Shown: positions 29,361 through 44,339 of the stretch, one piece after another
Layout: each line of letters opens with the position of its first letter
How positions within the stretch are numbered: the stretch's first letter is position 1
Assembly (NCBI RefSeq): GCF_009914755.1
Contig: NC_060938.1
Length of the DNA: 64,000 nucleotides
DNA from: the human T2T-CHM13v2.0 reference genome, Homo sapiens
Reading direction: 5' to 3' (one strand)
Notes under the pieces: generated by a model
The model's input: only the letters and a program-made list of their open reading frames with translations
The model's database searches: none
What the model was told of the DNA's origin: nothing
Translations under genes and position numbers: made by a program

Positions 29361-30174
29361 AGGAATTCTTTATATGTTCTGGATATTAAACCCTTAGCAG
29401 ATATCGGACTTGTAAATATTTTCTCCCATCATGCGGGTTGTCTTTTGAGTCTGTTGATAGTGTCCTTTAATGCACAGAAGTTTTTAATTGTGGTGAAGTT
29501 CAGCTTATCTATTTTGTATTGCTGTGCATGCTCTTGACATAATATCTAAGCATACATTGCTAAATCCAATGTCATGCAAATGACAATATGCTTGACTTTT
29601 ACAATACAACGTTAGCGCTGTGTGAGTATTCTTGTTTCCTGGATTACTACTAAATATTGATTTTCATTTAAATCCTAAGAATTTCCCTGACATTAACCTT
29701 CCCATAAGTGATTAACATCACAGCCACATGCAGAATGAAAAGCAGTGGTTTGAGGTAGAAACCAGAATCCTAAAGACTTGTGATCTATTTCAGGCTCTTC
29801 CAACATGGCAGACACTGTTGACCTTCCTGTCATCCATTTTCCTCCCTGGTAACAGCCTCTGCTATTTGAGACTCTATGCCTCCTCTGTTCTCAGTTCATG
29901 TGCTACCTGTGGGATGTCACCTCTACCTTAGAGCTGGGCACATGGTTCAGTCACAGACTAGTCCTGGCTACAAGCAGGGCATTTTGGTTCAAGTAGAACA
30001 TTTTATTTTTATAGACACATCAAGATACAATATCTATATATACATATATATATATATTTTTTTTTTGCTGGTAACTTATGGTGCACAGGCAGATGCTCCT
30101 TCCTACTAGACTTCAACCCAAGAGAATAAGGTCTGGAACTACTGTCTGGGATCTTGCACTGTAAGAAGAGAACC

Positions 30175-30360
30175 AGCTGGGCACAGTGGCTCACACCTGT
30201 AATCTCAGCATTTTGCTAGAGCAGGCAGATAGCTTGAGGTCAGGAGTTCATGACCAGCCTGGACAACACAGCAAAACCCTGCCTCTACAAAAAATACAAA
30301 AATTAGCTGGGCATGGTAGCATGCACCTGTAGTTCAAGCTACTTGTGAGGCTGAGGTGGG
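30175..30360 (+). mobile_element. AluJ-like, 3'-truncated, no A-tail
   Basis: Left monomer plus ~50 nt of right monomer, ending at gaggctgaggtggg. Confidence 0.85.
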
Positions 30361-31770
30361 CCACTGTGCAAGATGGAAAATCAAGAGCTCTGGAGAGAAG
30401 AATTTGGTCCTGGTAAACTTTTTTGAGACAACAAATCAATTTAAACCTGAACTCTTGAACAAATAACTCCCCCTTTTTTGTTTAAATCATTTTGGGTTGG
30501 GTTTGTAGTCATTTGCAACTGGAAGAGTTCTCCTGGACACAATTACTAGCTGTGGGACCCTGGATGGGTCACCTCACATCTCTGGGCCTCTGACTTTGAA
30601 TCTGAGATGCATGAGTTTTGTTTTGGAAACTGGGAAAACATATTGCAAGGTGAAGTAACTATCTCCAAGGCCACACATTATATCCTCAAAATCACTGAAA
30701 TCTGTAAGCTCAAGTTTTGAATGTTCTAGTGCAGAAAGAACATTGTTTTTCATTTATCAGGCGTTTGACTGATGCTATCTTCTGAAGACTTGCTCGGACC
30801 TGAAAATTCCAATATTATAGAAAAGAATCTGAGCCATTAGGTAAATTACTTCATATTTTTACCCTGCTGAGCCATGATGGACAGTGCAGTACAAAATGTA
30901 CTAGGAGCAGTGCATGCACCCACAGCTGATGTCCTATGGGATCTGCAAATTATGCTTGACAAAGAAAATTAAACTTGACTAAAAGAAAGCTTTAGGCAGT
31001 TCTGAGATATTGAATGAGCTCTCTCTTTCTTTTTAACATCTCAAGTTCATGAAGTCATTTTCTTTGGTTCATATTTCATCATCTCCCTAACAGATGGGGT
31101 TATTGCCTACATCTTGGCTAGGATAAAAATGTAAGACTGCCACTTTCTCTTGGACAGTTCCCTTTTTCTTCAGGCTATATTCAACTGGCACACACCTGCT
31201 TCATTGAAAAGACCTATTCTCACACTGGAAATGCTTAGGAGTTCTTCCTTTCTTCGTCTCTCTCCTCCCTCCCTTTATTCCTTCTTTTATCTTTTCTTAG
31301 AGAAAACTCACCTTTCGAATCCCCCACCTCCCACCTCCCACTGGCTGGAAAGAATTTTATTTTTCACTGTCTTCTGGATAGCTTACAGTGTCAATAGTGG
31401 ACCTTCCTCCAGGGGTAATTGAAATAAGTTATTTTGATGGTTACAAAATAGATTTTTTTTGCTTGAAACTTAAGGGAAAAAATAAACTTGGATTCCTACA
31501 GAGGCAAAATTTGCAGACAGCAGTTGTAATCATAAAAAATACTGAAAATCTAGCTCCATCTCTTCATTTTACAAATGTTTGCATGAAAACCAGATGACAA
31601 AAGGGGCTGCACAGAATTGTGCAACTAATTCCTGGCAGGATTAGCCCAATCCAAGCCAAATGTTTTATTGATACAGTGCCCTGAACGTAGCCAAGATCCT
31701 TCTTTATAAAGAAATCCTGAGGATTCTAGGTTTTAAATTAGAAAATCTCTAATTAGAAAAGGCAGGGACT

Positions 31771-32183
<413 letters not shown>

Positions 32184-32995
32184 TTATTTTAAAAATGTAT
32201 TTATACATACATACATAAATTACAATTTTACATAAATTCATAACTATTATATCAGACCTACTCTCTGTTTCTCGCCTCTTCCTTTCTTTTTCTTTTCTCC
32301 CCATCCATTCAAATTATCTCTCACCCTCAGCCTTTCAATAAAAATCATTGCTTTTCCTTATTCCCATGCTTATGTAACAAAATGATCTATGTACATATAG
32401 ACATTGTACACATGTACATATCCCTAAATAGCATTTTTATATTGTTACCAAAATTGGATCATATTAAACACACTTTAATAATCTTGTTTTTAGCTACTGG
32501 AACTCTAATATTTTTCATAGGAATGATCCCTTTGATTATAAATTGAAGGAGGTCTTGGATATATTAATCTTAGTCATTTTCTAGTCTCGTACTAGTTGCC
32601 TATACTCTCTTCCATAAACTCACCCAACTGTTTTTCACACCCATTTCAGTTAGGATAGAGATGAAGAGGACATTGAATATTGTAGATACCGAAATTAATA
32701 GTTGAAAAATTAAAGGCAGAGCTCAAGTTTTCCATGGAGACTGAGATACACTATCAAAGGGAAATGATGAAGTGTGTTGGGAGTGGGATTTGTCAAGATT
32801 GGTATTTCAGTTTGTATACGTATTCCAAAGCAAAGATTATTGCTGGAAGGCCTTAATGGTAATCAACTCCAGTGCACTCATACTTAGTGAACATAAAAAT
32901 AATTTGAAAAACTTGTCAAGAAAAATCACGGCCTTGGAGTCTGATTCAATAGGATTGGGTGTGACTGAGGAATCTGCATTCTTAAGAAGCACTCC

Positions 32996-33690
32996 TTGTG
33001 GTTTTGATTTGCATTTCTCTGATGGCCAGTGATGATGAGCATTTTTTCATGTGTCTGTTGGCTGCCTAAATGTCTTCTTTTGAGAAGTGTACGTTCATAT
33101 CCTTCACGCACTTTTTGATGGGGTTGTTTGTTTTTTTCTTGTAAGTTTGTTTGAGTTCTTTGTAGATTCTGGATATTAGCCCTTTGTCAGATGAGTAGAT
33201 TGCTAGATTGCAAAAATTTTCTCCCATTCTGTAGGTTGCCTGTTCACTCTGATGGCAGCAGTAGCAAAGATTTGGAACCAATCCAAATGTCCATCAATGA
33301 TAGACTGAATTAAGAAAATGTGGCACATATACACCATGGAACACTATGCAGCCATAAAAAAGGATGAGTTCATGTCCTTTGCAGAAACATGGATGAAGCT
33401 GGAAACCATCATTGTGAGCAAACTATCGCAAGGACAAATAACCAAACACCGCATGTTCTCACTCATAGGTGGGAATTGTACAGTGAGAACACTTGGACAC
33501 AGGAAGGGGAACATCACACACTGGGGCCTGTTGTGGGATGGGGGCATGGGGGAGGGATAGCATTAGGAGATATACCTAATGTAATGATGAGTTAATGGGT
33601 GCAGCATGCCAACATGGCACATGTATACATATGTAACAAACCTGCACGTTGTGCACATGTACCCTAGAACTTAAAGTACATATATAAAAA
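32996..33690 (+). mobile_element. 5'-inverted (twin-primed) L1PA4/5-like insertion inside a MER5-type element
   Basis: Antisense ORF2 piece 32996-33258 joined to sense 3' end 33259-33690; TSD aagaagcactcc / aaaaagtactcc; MER5-like flanks at ~32870-32995 and 33700-33745. Confidence 0.9.
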
Positions 33691-35233
33691 AAGTACTCCA
33701 GGTGAGGCTGTATATGGGTGATCCTCAACTGAAGTTTGAAAAGCTTCTTTTTCAACAGTCAAAGAAAGAGAGGTCCAGAAAATTGCTGACTTGCTCAAGG
33801 TCAAATAATCATATTCAGTGATAGAAATGGTACTAGAAACTAATTTTTCCTCGAAAATTGAGTACTAGGGATTCTGAACATCCCTCAGGTGTCTTATTTT
33901 TGTAATCTCTGATAAATCCTCTGGTAAATGTTCCAACTGGCTTCCTTTCTCCAAGGATTCATTTGCAAAAAACATTTTAACAAATGAGAGATAGGACTTT
34001 TAAAGTTATTATAGAATGGTTTTTGGGTGATGGAGACTGAATCTTATTAAATAGGCGATCTCAAAATAATGATACTTTTCAGATAATCAAAGAAAAGAGA
34101 TTTCAGTAAATGACTTGCCTGTCCATCCAGAATATTCTGTCAAAAGAATGTTAAATAATCTTATTCCACTTACTGCTTGGTTATTTTCCTTAGAATTTCA
34201 GGAAAAGAACTCTGTTGATATCTGCGAAACAAAATTTGAATCTTCTGATTCGAATGTGGCTTCATGCAGGTAGAATAAAAAATCATTTGGAGAAATGGAA
34301 TATGGGTTAGTATTATTAAACTTCTGGGGTTATGTTATGTATTCATGGCTCATTATGAACTATTTTTTATATCCCCTTGTGCTTAGGAGATGAATAATAT
34401 CACCCATATAATTTAACAAAGTTTTATGTTTAACATAAAATGGTTTAAGACCTCATGGGAATCTGGTTTACAATTAAAATATCTTGGGCAGTCGGTCCCT
34501 CATTAAAAACACAAAGTAAAACTTAACTCACACCATTAAAATACCTCCATTCATTACTACAAACATGCACCATCTGGGGTTGTTTTGTGCCTCCCAATTT
34601 CTTATTAGCAGGGGAGAAATAGGAGTTGACTTCCTTCAGAAATTAGTGTGTCTTATATAATGCAAATGCCCATTGCTGATTGCAAGCACTCCTTAATTAC
34701 TAATGGGAGCCTCTGACCAAGTGCTAATGCTGGAACATGTCCTTCACCAGTGCTTTAAAAATGACTCAAATTGCAAATTCCTACTGAGGTTTGCTTTTCT
34801 TAATGATGTTGCATTTTATGACTAGAAAAGATAAAGTATAATTATTGAAAGTTAAAAAGAAATATCCATCTTCCTCAACTTACAGTAATGTAAAAAGAAT
34901 TCCTCCTTACTGTGTGCCAACTTTTATATACAAGGTACTATACCGGCATGATCTGTCTCATTCTCTAGTGTGGTAGAGTTGCAGATGTGGGCATGGTGCT
35001 TCTCAGGGGGAACATTAAATCGTAAAGATGTTATGAGGCTGCTCTTTTGGGGTCATGGATATTGGATATATAAAGGATTAATGCACAGTGACCCCAGCTG
35101 CATTGAAATACCTTGGTAATTTAAAGCAAGAATTATAGTCTACCATCTATGCTACTTGAAATGTGGTCTGTGAACCAGCAGCATCTTCATTATCTGGGTA
35201 CTTGTTAGAAATATAGAATCTCAGATGCCATCC

Positions 35234-35350
35234 TTTGCATGTTTATAGCAGCACAATTTGCAATTGCAAAAATAAGGAATCAGTCCAAATGCCCGTCAAT
35301 CAACTAGTGGATAAAGAAAAAGAAAATGTGATATATATACACACCATGGA

Positions 35351-35397
<47 letters not shown>

Positions 35398-35750
35398 ATG
35401 GAATACTACTTAGACATAAAAAGGAACAAAATAATGGCATTTGCAGCAACGTGGATGTAATTGGATACCATTATTCTAAGCGAAGTAACTCATGAGTGGA
35501 AAAACAAACGTTGTATGTTGTCACTCATAAGTGGGAGCTAAGCAATGAGGATGCAAAGGCATAAGAATGATACAATGAACTTTGAGGACTCGGGAAAGGG
35601 TTCGACTGGGGTGAGGGATAAAAGACTACACATTAGGTACAATATACACTGCTAGGGTGATGGGTGCACCAGTCTCAGAAATCACCACTAAGAACTTATT
35701 CATGTAACCAAACACCACCTGTTCTCCAAAACCTATTGAAAAAAAAAAAA
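35234..35750 (+). mobile_element. L1PB-like 3' end inserted in MER5A (MER5A at ~35147-35233 and 35751-35849)
   Basis: L1PB 3'UTR (gggataaaagactacacattagg...gaaatcaccacta), A-tail, 19-bp TSD agaatctcag(a/g)tgccatcc. Confidence 0.9.
35353..35396 (+). repeat. (CA)n microsatellite, ~22 units
   Basis: Visible directly; flanked by duplicated acacaccatggaatac. Confidence 0.95.
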
Positions 35751-35995
35751 AGAATCTCAGGTGCCATCCAAGAACTGTTGAATCTGAATCTGCAATTTAA
35801 ATAAATCCCCAAGTGATTTGTTTGCATTTTAATGTTTGAGAAGCATTGGATTAGATGATCTTTAATTGACATTTCACCAGTAGTCCTGTGGTTCATTCAA
35901 AGAGGGGAACTCTAAGTCTCCCCTATATACTATATATCTTTTGAGAATAACAGCCCATCTCCCACAGCATTTAGCCCTATGATTTTTTTTCATAG

Positions 35996-36308
<313 letters not shown>

Positions 36309-37431
36309 AACACATTCTTTTTAAAAGTGATTTTATTTATTTTAAAAATAGTTTTAAATATTTATTTTTTTCTTAACTGACAAAAAATTGTATATATTTA
36401 TTGTGTACAACATGTAGTGTTGAAATATGTATATATTTGAAATATGTACATGGCTAAATTGAGTTAATTAACATGCATTACATCACATACTTATTTTTTA
36501 TAGTGAGAATACTAGAAATCTACTCTTCTAGCAATTTTCAATACAATACTTTGTTATAAACTGTAGTCACTATTTTTTACAATAGATTTATTGTATTTAT
36601 TTCTCCTGTCTGACTGAAATGTTGTATCCTTATACCAACATCTCCTACCCCTCTGCACCCCTCCCCCTGTAACCACCATTCTACTCTAAACTTCTATGAG
36701 TTCCACTGTTTTGGATTTCATATATAAATGAGATCTCGCAGTATCTGTCTTTCTGTGTGTGGCTTATTTTGCTTAGCATAATATCTTCCAGGCTCATCTA
36801 TGTTGCAAATGCCAGGATTTTCTTCTTTTTGGAGGATTAATAGTATTCTATTGTGTGTGTATGTGTATATATAATATCACATTTTTTTTAATTCATTCAT
36901 TAGTTGATGGGCAGACACTTAGGTTTATTTCAAATCCTGGCTATTGTGAATAATGCTGCAATAAACATGGGAGTACAGATAACTCTTTGACACACTGGTT
37001 TCATGTCCTTTGGATATCTACTCATTAGTGGGATTGCTGGGTCATTTGGTGGTTCTATTTTTAATTTTTTGAGAAACCTTCATACTGTTTTCTATTGTAG
37101 CTGTACTAATTTATATTCCCACCAATAATGTATAAAGGTTCTTTTTCTTTATATCCTTGCCAACTCTTGTTATTTTTTTTTTTATGATAGTCATTCTAAC
37201 AGGTGTGAGATGATATTTCATGGTGGTTTTAATTTGCGTTTCTCTGATGATTAGTGATTTTGAGCATTTTTGCATATACCTATTGGCAATTTGTATGTTG
37301 TCTTTTGCGAAATGTCTATTTAAATTATTTGCATATTTTTAATTGAGTTATCATTTTTTAATTTTTAATTGAGTTATTTATTTTCTATTGAGTTGAGTTC
37401 CTTATATATTTTGGATATTAACCCTCTATCA

Positions 37432-37931
37432 CAGCGATCCCCAATCATTTTGGCACCAGGGACTGATTTCATGGAAGACGATTATTCTATGAACCAAGGG
37501 GTGGAATGGTTTGGGATGATTCAAGTGCATTACATTTGTTGTGCACTTTATTTCATTATCAAAACATTGTAATATATAATGAAATAATTTTACAACTTAC
37601 CATAATGTAGAATCAGTGAGAGCCCTGAGCTTGTTTTTCTGCAACTTGATGGTCCCATCTGGGGGTGATGAGAGACAGTGACAGATCATCAGGTATTAGA
37701 TTCTCATAAGGAGCATGCAACCTAGATCCCTTGCATGCGCAGTTAACAGTAGGGTTCATGCTCCTATGAGAATCTGATGCGGCAGCTGATCTGAGAGGAG
37801 GCAGAGCTCGGGTGGTAATGTGGGTGATGGGGAGCAGCTGTAAATACAAATTCAGCTTCCCTGGCTCACCGGGGCTGCTCACCTCCTGCTGTGCAGCCTG
37901 GTTTCTAACAGGCCACCGTACCCTTGCCCTG
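37432..37931. mobile_element. MER1A (hAT-Charlie), one end degraded
   Basis: ccccaatcattttggcaccagggactg...ttagattctcataaggagcatgcaacctagatccc. Confidence 0.85.
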
Positions 37932-37943
37932 TCAGATGTATAG

Positions 37944-38296
37944 TGCTAGTATTTGAATGTTTGTCTCTGCCAAAACTCATGTTGAAATTTATTTACCATT
38001 GTAACAGTATTAAAAGGTGGGACCTATAAAAGATGATTAGGTCATGAGAGCTCCACCCTCATAGGTGAAATTGGTGCCATTATAAAAAGGCAAGTGTGGC
38101 TCCCTCTTGCTCTCTTTTGCCTACGTGGCCTTTCTGCCGTCTGCTATGTAATGATGGAATAAGAAGGTCCTTGGCAGATGCCAGCCCCTTGATCTTGGAT
38201 TCCCTAGACTCCAGAATTGTGAGCTAATAAATTTCTGTTCATTATAAGTTACTCATCTTAGGTATTCTGTTATAGCAGCAAAAACAGACTAAAACA
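37944..38296 (+). mobile_element. MST-family solo LTR
   Basis: tg...aaaactcatgttgaaattt...ctgttatagcagcaaaaacagactaaaaca; degenerate TSD tatag/tacgg. Confidence 0.85.
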
Positions 38297-39234
38297 TACG
38301 GTTTGCAAATATTTTCTCCCATTCTGTAGGCTCTTGCTCTGTTGATTGTTTCCTTAGCTGTGCAGAAGCTTTTTTAGTCTGATTTAATGTCACTTGTCTA
38401 GTTTTGCTTTTGTTGCCTGTGCTTTTGGGTTCACATGCAAAAAATAATTGCCCACACCAATGTCATGGAGCTTTTCCCCTGTGTTTTCTTATAGTAGGTT
38501 TATAGTCACAGGTCTTACATTTAAGTCTTTGATTCATTTTGAGTTGATTTTTATTTGTAGTGTGAGATAATGGTCTAATTTCATTATTTTGCATATGGAT
38601 ATCCAGTTGTCCCAACACCATTTACTGAAGGGACTTTCTTTTCCCCATTGGGTGTTCTTGGCACCTTTGTCAAAAATGAATTGACTATAAATGTGTGGAT
38701 TTGTTTCTAGGCTCTCTATTATGTTACATTGATCTATGAGTCTATTTTTATGCCAGTACCATGCTATTTTAATTACTATAGCTTTGTAGTATAGTTTAAA
38801 ATAAGGCAGCATAATGTCTCTGGGTTTGTTCTTTTTGCTCCAGATTGCTTTGGCATTTATGGTTTTTTGTGGTTCTATGTAAATTTTAGAATTGTTTTCT
38901 CTATTTCTGTAAAAATGTCTTTGGAATTTTGATAGGGATTGCACTGAATATATACACAGCCTTGGGCAGTACATATATTTTAACAATATAAATTCTTATG
39001 ATCAATGAACACAAGATATCTTTCCATTTATTTGTCAATTTCTTATTCAATTTTTTAAAAAATCAATATTTGATAGTTTTCAGTGTGCAGGTCTTTTACC
39101 TCCATGGTTAAATTTACTCCTAAGTATCTTATTGTTTTGTAACTATTATAAATTCTTTTTTTTCTTGATTTTTTTCCAGATAGTTTATCATTAGTGTATA
39201 GAGATTCTACTATTTTTTTCTTTTCATTTTCTCT

Positions 39235-39530
<296 letters not shown>

Positions 39531-39907
39531 AAGATTCTATAAATTTTTGTATGTTAATTTTGTATCCTTCAACTTTACCAAATTCATTTATTTTAATAAA
39601 TGAATTTATTGTAGTCTTTAGGGTTTTTCTACATAAAATATTATGTTGTCTGAAAGCAGGAACAAGTTAACTTTTTCCTTTCCAATTTGTATGCCTTTTA
39701 TTTCTCTCTCTTGCCTAAGTGCTCTGGCTAGGACTTCCAGGACTATGTTGAATAGAAGTAGTGAGATTGGGAATTCCTATTTTGTTCCTAATCTTAGATA
39801 AAAAGCTTTCAAATTTTCACCTTTGAGTATGATGTTCACTGCTGGTTTGTCATATATGGCCTTTATTGTGTTGAGGTACATTCTTTCCATACTTAGTTTG
39901 TTGAGAA

Positions 39908-40720
39908 TTTTTTTTAATTTTTAATAATTTTTTGTATTTTTAATTTTTGTGGATACATAGTAGGTGTATGTGTTTATGGGGTATATCAGATGTTTTGATT
40001 CAGGCATGCAATGCATAATAATCTTATCATAGAAAATGGGGCATCCACCCCATCAAGCATTTATCCTTTGTGTTACAAACCATCCAATTATACTTTATTC
40101 ATTCTTTTAAAATGTACCTTTAAATTCTTTTGACTATAGTTATGCTGTTGTGCTATCAAATAGTATTATTGATTCTTTAGAACTATTTTTTTGTACCCAT
40201 TAACCATCCCCACCTTCTGCCCCATCCTGTCTACCTTTGCCAGCCTCTGGTAACCATCTTCTACTCTCAATCTCCATGTGTTCAATTGCTTTGATTTTTG
40301 TATCCCAGAAATAAATGAGAACATTCAATGTTTGTCTTTCTGTGCTTGGCTTATTTCACTTAACATAATGACCTCCAATTCCATCCATGTTGGAACAAAT
40401 GACAAGATCTCATTCTTTCTTTTTATGGCTGAATAGTACTCTGTTGAGTATATGTATCACATTTTCTTTGTCCATTCATTTGTTGATAGACACTTAGGTT
40501 GCTTCTAAATTTTGGCTATTGTGAACAGTGCTGCAACAAATATGAGAGTGAGGATATCTCTTTGATATACTGATTTCCCTTTTTTTGGGTATACACCCAG
40601 CAGTGGGATTGCTAGATGATATGGTAGCTCTACTTTTAACTTTTCGAGAAACTTCTAAACTGTTCTCTATCATAAGTGTACTGATTTACATTCCCACCAA
40701 CATTGTACAAGGGTTCCCTT
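39908..40720 (-). mobile_element. Nested younger L1MA 3' end
   Basis: A second L1 3'UTR interrupts the host ORF2; TSD ttgttgaga. Confidence 0.8.
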
Positions 40721-41815
40721 TTGTTGAGATAAGTTTTTTTTTAAATCATAAAAGAATGCCGAATTTTTCATCTATTGAGATGAAAATATGGTTTTTGTCT
40801 TCATTCTGTTAATGTGGTTTATCACATTTATAGATTTGCATATTTTGAACCATCCTTGCATTCCTAGGATGAACCTCACTTGGTAATACTGAATAACCCT
40901 TTTAATATGATGTTGAATTCAGTTTGCTAATATTTTCTTGAGTGTTTTTGCATCTGTGTTCATCAGGGATATTGGCCTGATATTTTCTTATCCTGTAGTG
41001 TTCTTGTCTGACTTTGGTTTTAAGGTAATGCTGCCTAGTAAAATGAATTTGGAAGTATTTTTTTCTTCAAATTTTTTGGAAGAGTTCAAAAAGGATTGGC
41101 ATTAGTTCTTCTTTAGATTTTTGGTAGAATTCAGCAGAGAAGACATCAGGTACTGGGCTTTTCTTCGATGAAAGACTTTCTATTAGTGATTCGATGCCCT
41201 TACTCAGAATTTCTATTTCTTCTTGATTTAGTCTAAGTAGGTTTTGTGTCATTTCTTCTAGGTTATCCGGTTTGTTGGTATATTCTATAATGCTTTGTAT
41301 TATACTTCCGTGGTGTCAGTTTTAATGTCTCCTGTTTCATTTTTTCTTTTTAAAATTTGAGGCTTCTCTCTTTTTTCTTGGTCTAGCTAAAGGTTTGTTG
41401 ATATTGTTTATCTTTAAATAATCTCAGTTTCATTGATTTTTTTTGTATTTTTAAATCTCTATTTCATTTATTTTTGCTTTCATTTAATGTTTTTATTCTG
41501 ATATCTTTGGGCTTAGTTTGTTCTTTCTTGAGGTGTAACATTAGATAGTTTATTTACAATTTTCTTTTTGATATAGGCATTAAGGCTGTAGACTTCTCTG
41601 TTAGAACTGCCTTTGTTATATCCCATACGTTATAATATGATGTGTTTCCATTTTCATTTGTCTCAAAACATTTTTAAATAACTTTTAAAATTTCTTCATT
41701 GACCTACTGATTGGGAGTATGTTGTTTAATTTTCATGTATTTGTGCATTTTTTGAAATTTCTCTTGTTATTGATTTTTGGTTTCATATTATGTGATTAAA
41801 AAGATACTTAATATG

Positions 41816-42109
41816 GGCCGGGTGTGGTGGCTCACACCTGTAATCCCAGCACTTTGGGAGGCTGAGGCAGGCTGATCACAAGGTCAGGAGATTGAGACCA
41901 CCCCGGCTAACACGGTGAAACCCCGTTTCTACTAAAAATACAAAAAATTAGCCAGGCGTGGTGGTGGGCGCCTATAGTCCCAGCTACTCAGGAGGCCGAG
42001 GCAGGAGAATGGCATGAACCCAGGAGGCGGAGCTTGCAGTGAGCTGAGATCTCGCACTGCACTCCAGCCTGGGTAACAGAGCAAGACTCCGTCTCAAAAA
42101 AAAAAAAAA
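41816..42109 (+). mobile_element. AluY
   Basis: ggctaacacgg, gaatggcatgaaccc, ggagcttgca; TSD aaaagatacttaatatg. Confidence 0.95.
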
Positions 42110-44339
42110 GATACTTAATATGATTTTAATCTTATTAATTTGTTAATTGTAGTTTTATGGCCTAACATATGTTCTATTCTGGAAAATGTTCTGTGTACAC
42201 TTGAAATGAATGTGTATTCTTCTGCTGTTACATAGGAGGTTCTATATGTGCCTGTTAGGCTCATTTGGTCTAAAGTGTAGTTTAATTTCAATGTTTGCTT
42301 GTTGATTTTCTGTCTAGATGATTTGTTGCTGAAAGTGGGGTATTTAAGTACTCTATCATTATTGTATTACAGTCTTTCTCTCCAGATCCATTAATATTTG
42401 TTTTATATATTTAGATGCTCCAATGTTGGATGCATGTATACTTATAATTGCTATATCTTCTTGCTGAATTGACTACTTTATGATTATGGAATGGCCTTCT
42501 TTGTCTTGTTTTACAGTTTTTGAGTTAAAGTCTATTCTATCTGATACAAATATAGTTTCCCCTGCTCTTTTTGTTTCAATTTCCATGAAATGTCCTTTTT
42601 CATACCTTCACTTTCAGTCCATGTGTATCTTTACAGGTGAAGTGAATCTCTGTAGGAAGCATATAGTTAGGTCATATTTCTTTTTATCCATTCAGCCACC
42701 CTATGTCTTTTGATTGGAGCAGTTAATTCATTTACATCAAAGATTATTACTGGTAGGTAAAGAATTACTACTGCCATTTAAACTGTTTCCTTGTTGTTTT
42801 GTAGAACCTTAGTTCTTTCTTGTTGCTGTCTGCCTTTGTGATTTTGTGATATTTTTCTAGTGATGGCCCTTTAATTCTTTACTTTTTCTCTGTTGTGTAT
42901 TTACTACAGGTTTTTGCTTTGTGGTTACCATGAGGGTTACAAAAACCATAGCTATAACAGGCTATTTTAAGCTAATAACAGCTTAACTTTGATTGCATAA
43001 AAAACTCTTCACTTTTACTCCACTCCCCTTTCCAGGCATTTAAAATTTTTGATGTTACAATTCACATTTTTTTCTCTTGTGTATCCTTTAACAAAGTATT
43101 CTAGCTATTATTATTTTTAATAATTTTATCTTTTAATCTTCATACTAAAGTTATAAGTGATTTGCACATGACCATTATAGTATTAGAGTGTTCTGAATTT
43201 GAGTTTGTACTTACTTTTACCAGTGAGTTTTATACTTTCATATATTTTTGTTTAACTAATTAATATCATTTTCATTCAGCTTAGATAACTCCCTTCAGCA
43301 TTTCTTGTAAGACAGGTCTGGTGGTGAAGAACTCCCTCAGCTTTTGTGTATCTGGCAAACTCTTTATTTTCCTTCATTTCGAAGGACAGATTCTCCGGGT
43401 AAAGTATTCTTGGTGGATAGCTTTTTTTCCTTCAACACTTTGAATATAGCATCCCACTCTCTTCTTGTCTGTAAGGCCTCTGCTAAGGAATTCTCTGCTA
43501 GCCTTGCTAGAACTACTTTTAAGTGATTTGCTTCTTTTCTGTTGCTGCTTTCAGGGTCCTCTCTTTGTCCTTGATTTTTGACCATTTGGTAATGTGCTGA
43601 TATAGTCTCATTTGGGTTGAATTTGATTAGAGACTTTTAACCTTCCTTTATGTGTATATTTATATATTTCTCCAAATTTGGTATATTTTCTGGTAGTATT
43701 TCTTTAAGTAAGCTTTATGCCACTGTGTCTCTCTCTTTTTACAAACTTCTATAACTTAAACACTTATAGCTCAAATGTTTGCTCTTTTGATGCTGTCCCA
43801 TAAGTCACTGTAAGCTTTCTTTTTTCATTCTTCTTTTCCCAATTGATTGTATATTTTCAAGTAATGTCTTCAAGTTTGCAGATACATCATTCTGCTTGAT
43901 CAATTCTACTGTCAAGCCTATTACATTTTAAAATTTATTCATTGTATATTTCAGCTCCAAAACTTCTGTTTGATTTTCTAAAATAATTTCATTTTCTCCA
44001 TTGAATTTCTCATTTTGGTCATTTATTGTTTTCTTGTTATCACTGAATTGTTTGTATTTTCTTGAAGTTTGTTAATATTCCTTAAAACAATTATTTTGAA
44101 TTATTTGTCAGGCATTTTATATATCTCCATTGCTGTAGGGTGAGCTAATGGGAGATCATTGTGCTCTTTTCGTGGCATTACATTTCATTCGTTTTTCATA
44201 TTTCTTGTTGCCTTATGTTGACATCTTCACATTTGAAAAGGTAGGGATTTATTTCAATTTTTTGCAGACTTGCTTAGTCTGGAAAAGTCCTTCACCAGTC
44301 AGCTCATTCAGAAATTCTAGGGAGGCTGTCTTTCATCCA

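Larger units (their letters stand above)
28040..29590 (-). mobile_element. L1MB-like 3' end containing an MST fragment and an AluY
   Basis: Antisense L1 3'UTR/ORF2 end (accatcaccactatct, gtaaataatgctgcagtaaacac, catttttcatgtgcttattgg). Confidence 0.8.

Noticed and set aside
41816-42109. AluYa5 assignment (cccggctaa, atctcg)
   Set aside because: Other Ya5 diagnostics are absent and CpG decay is heavy; called AluY
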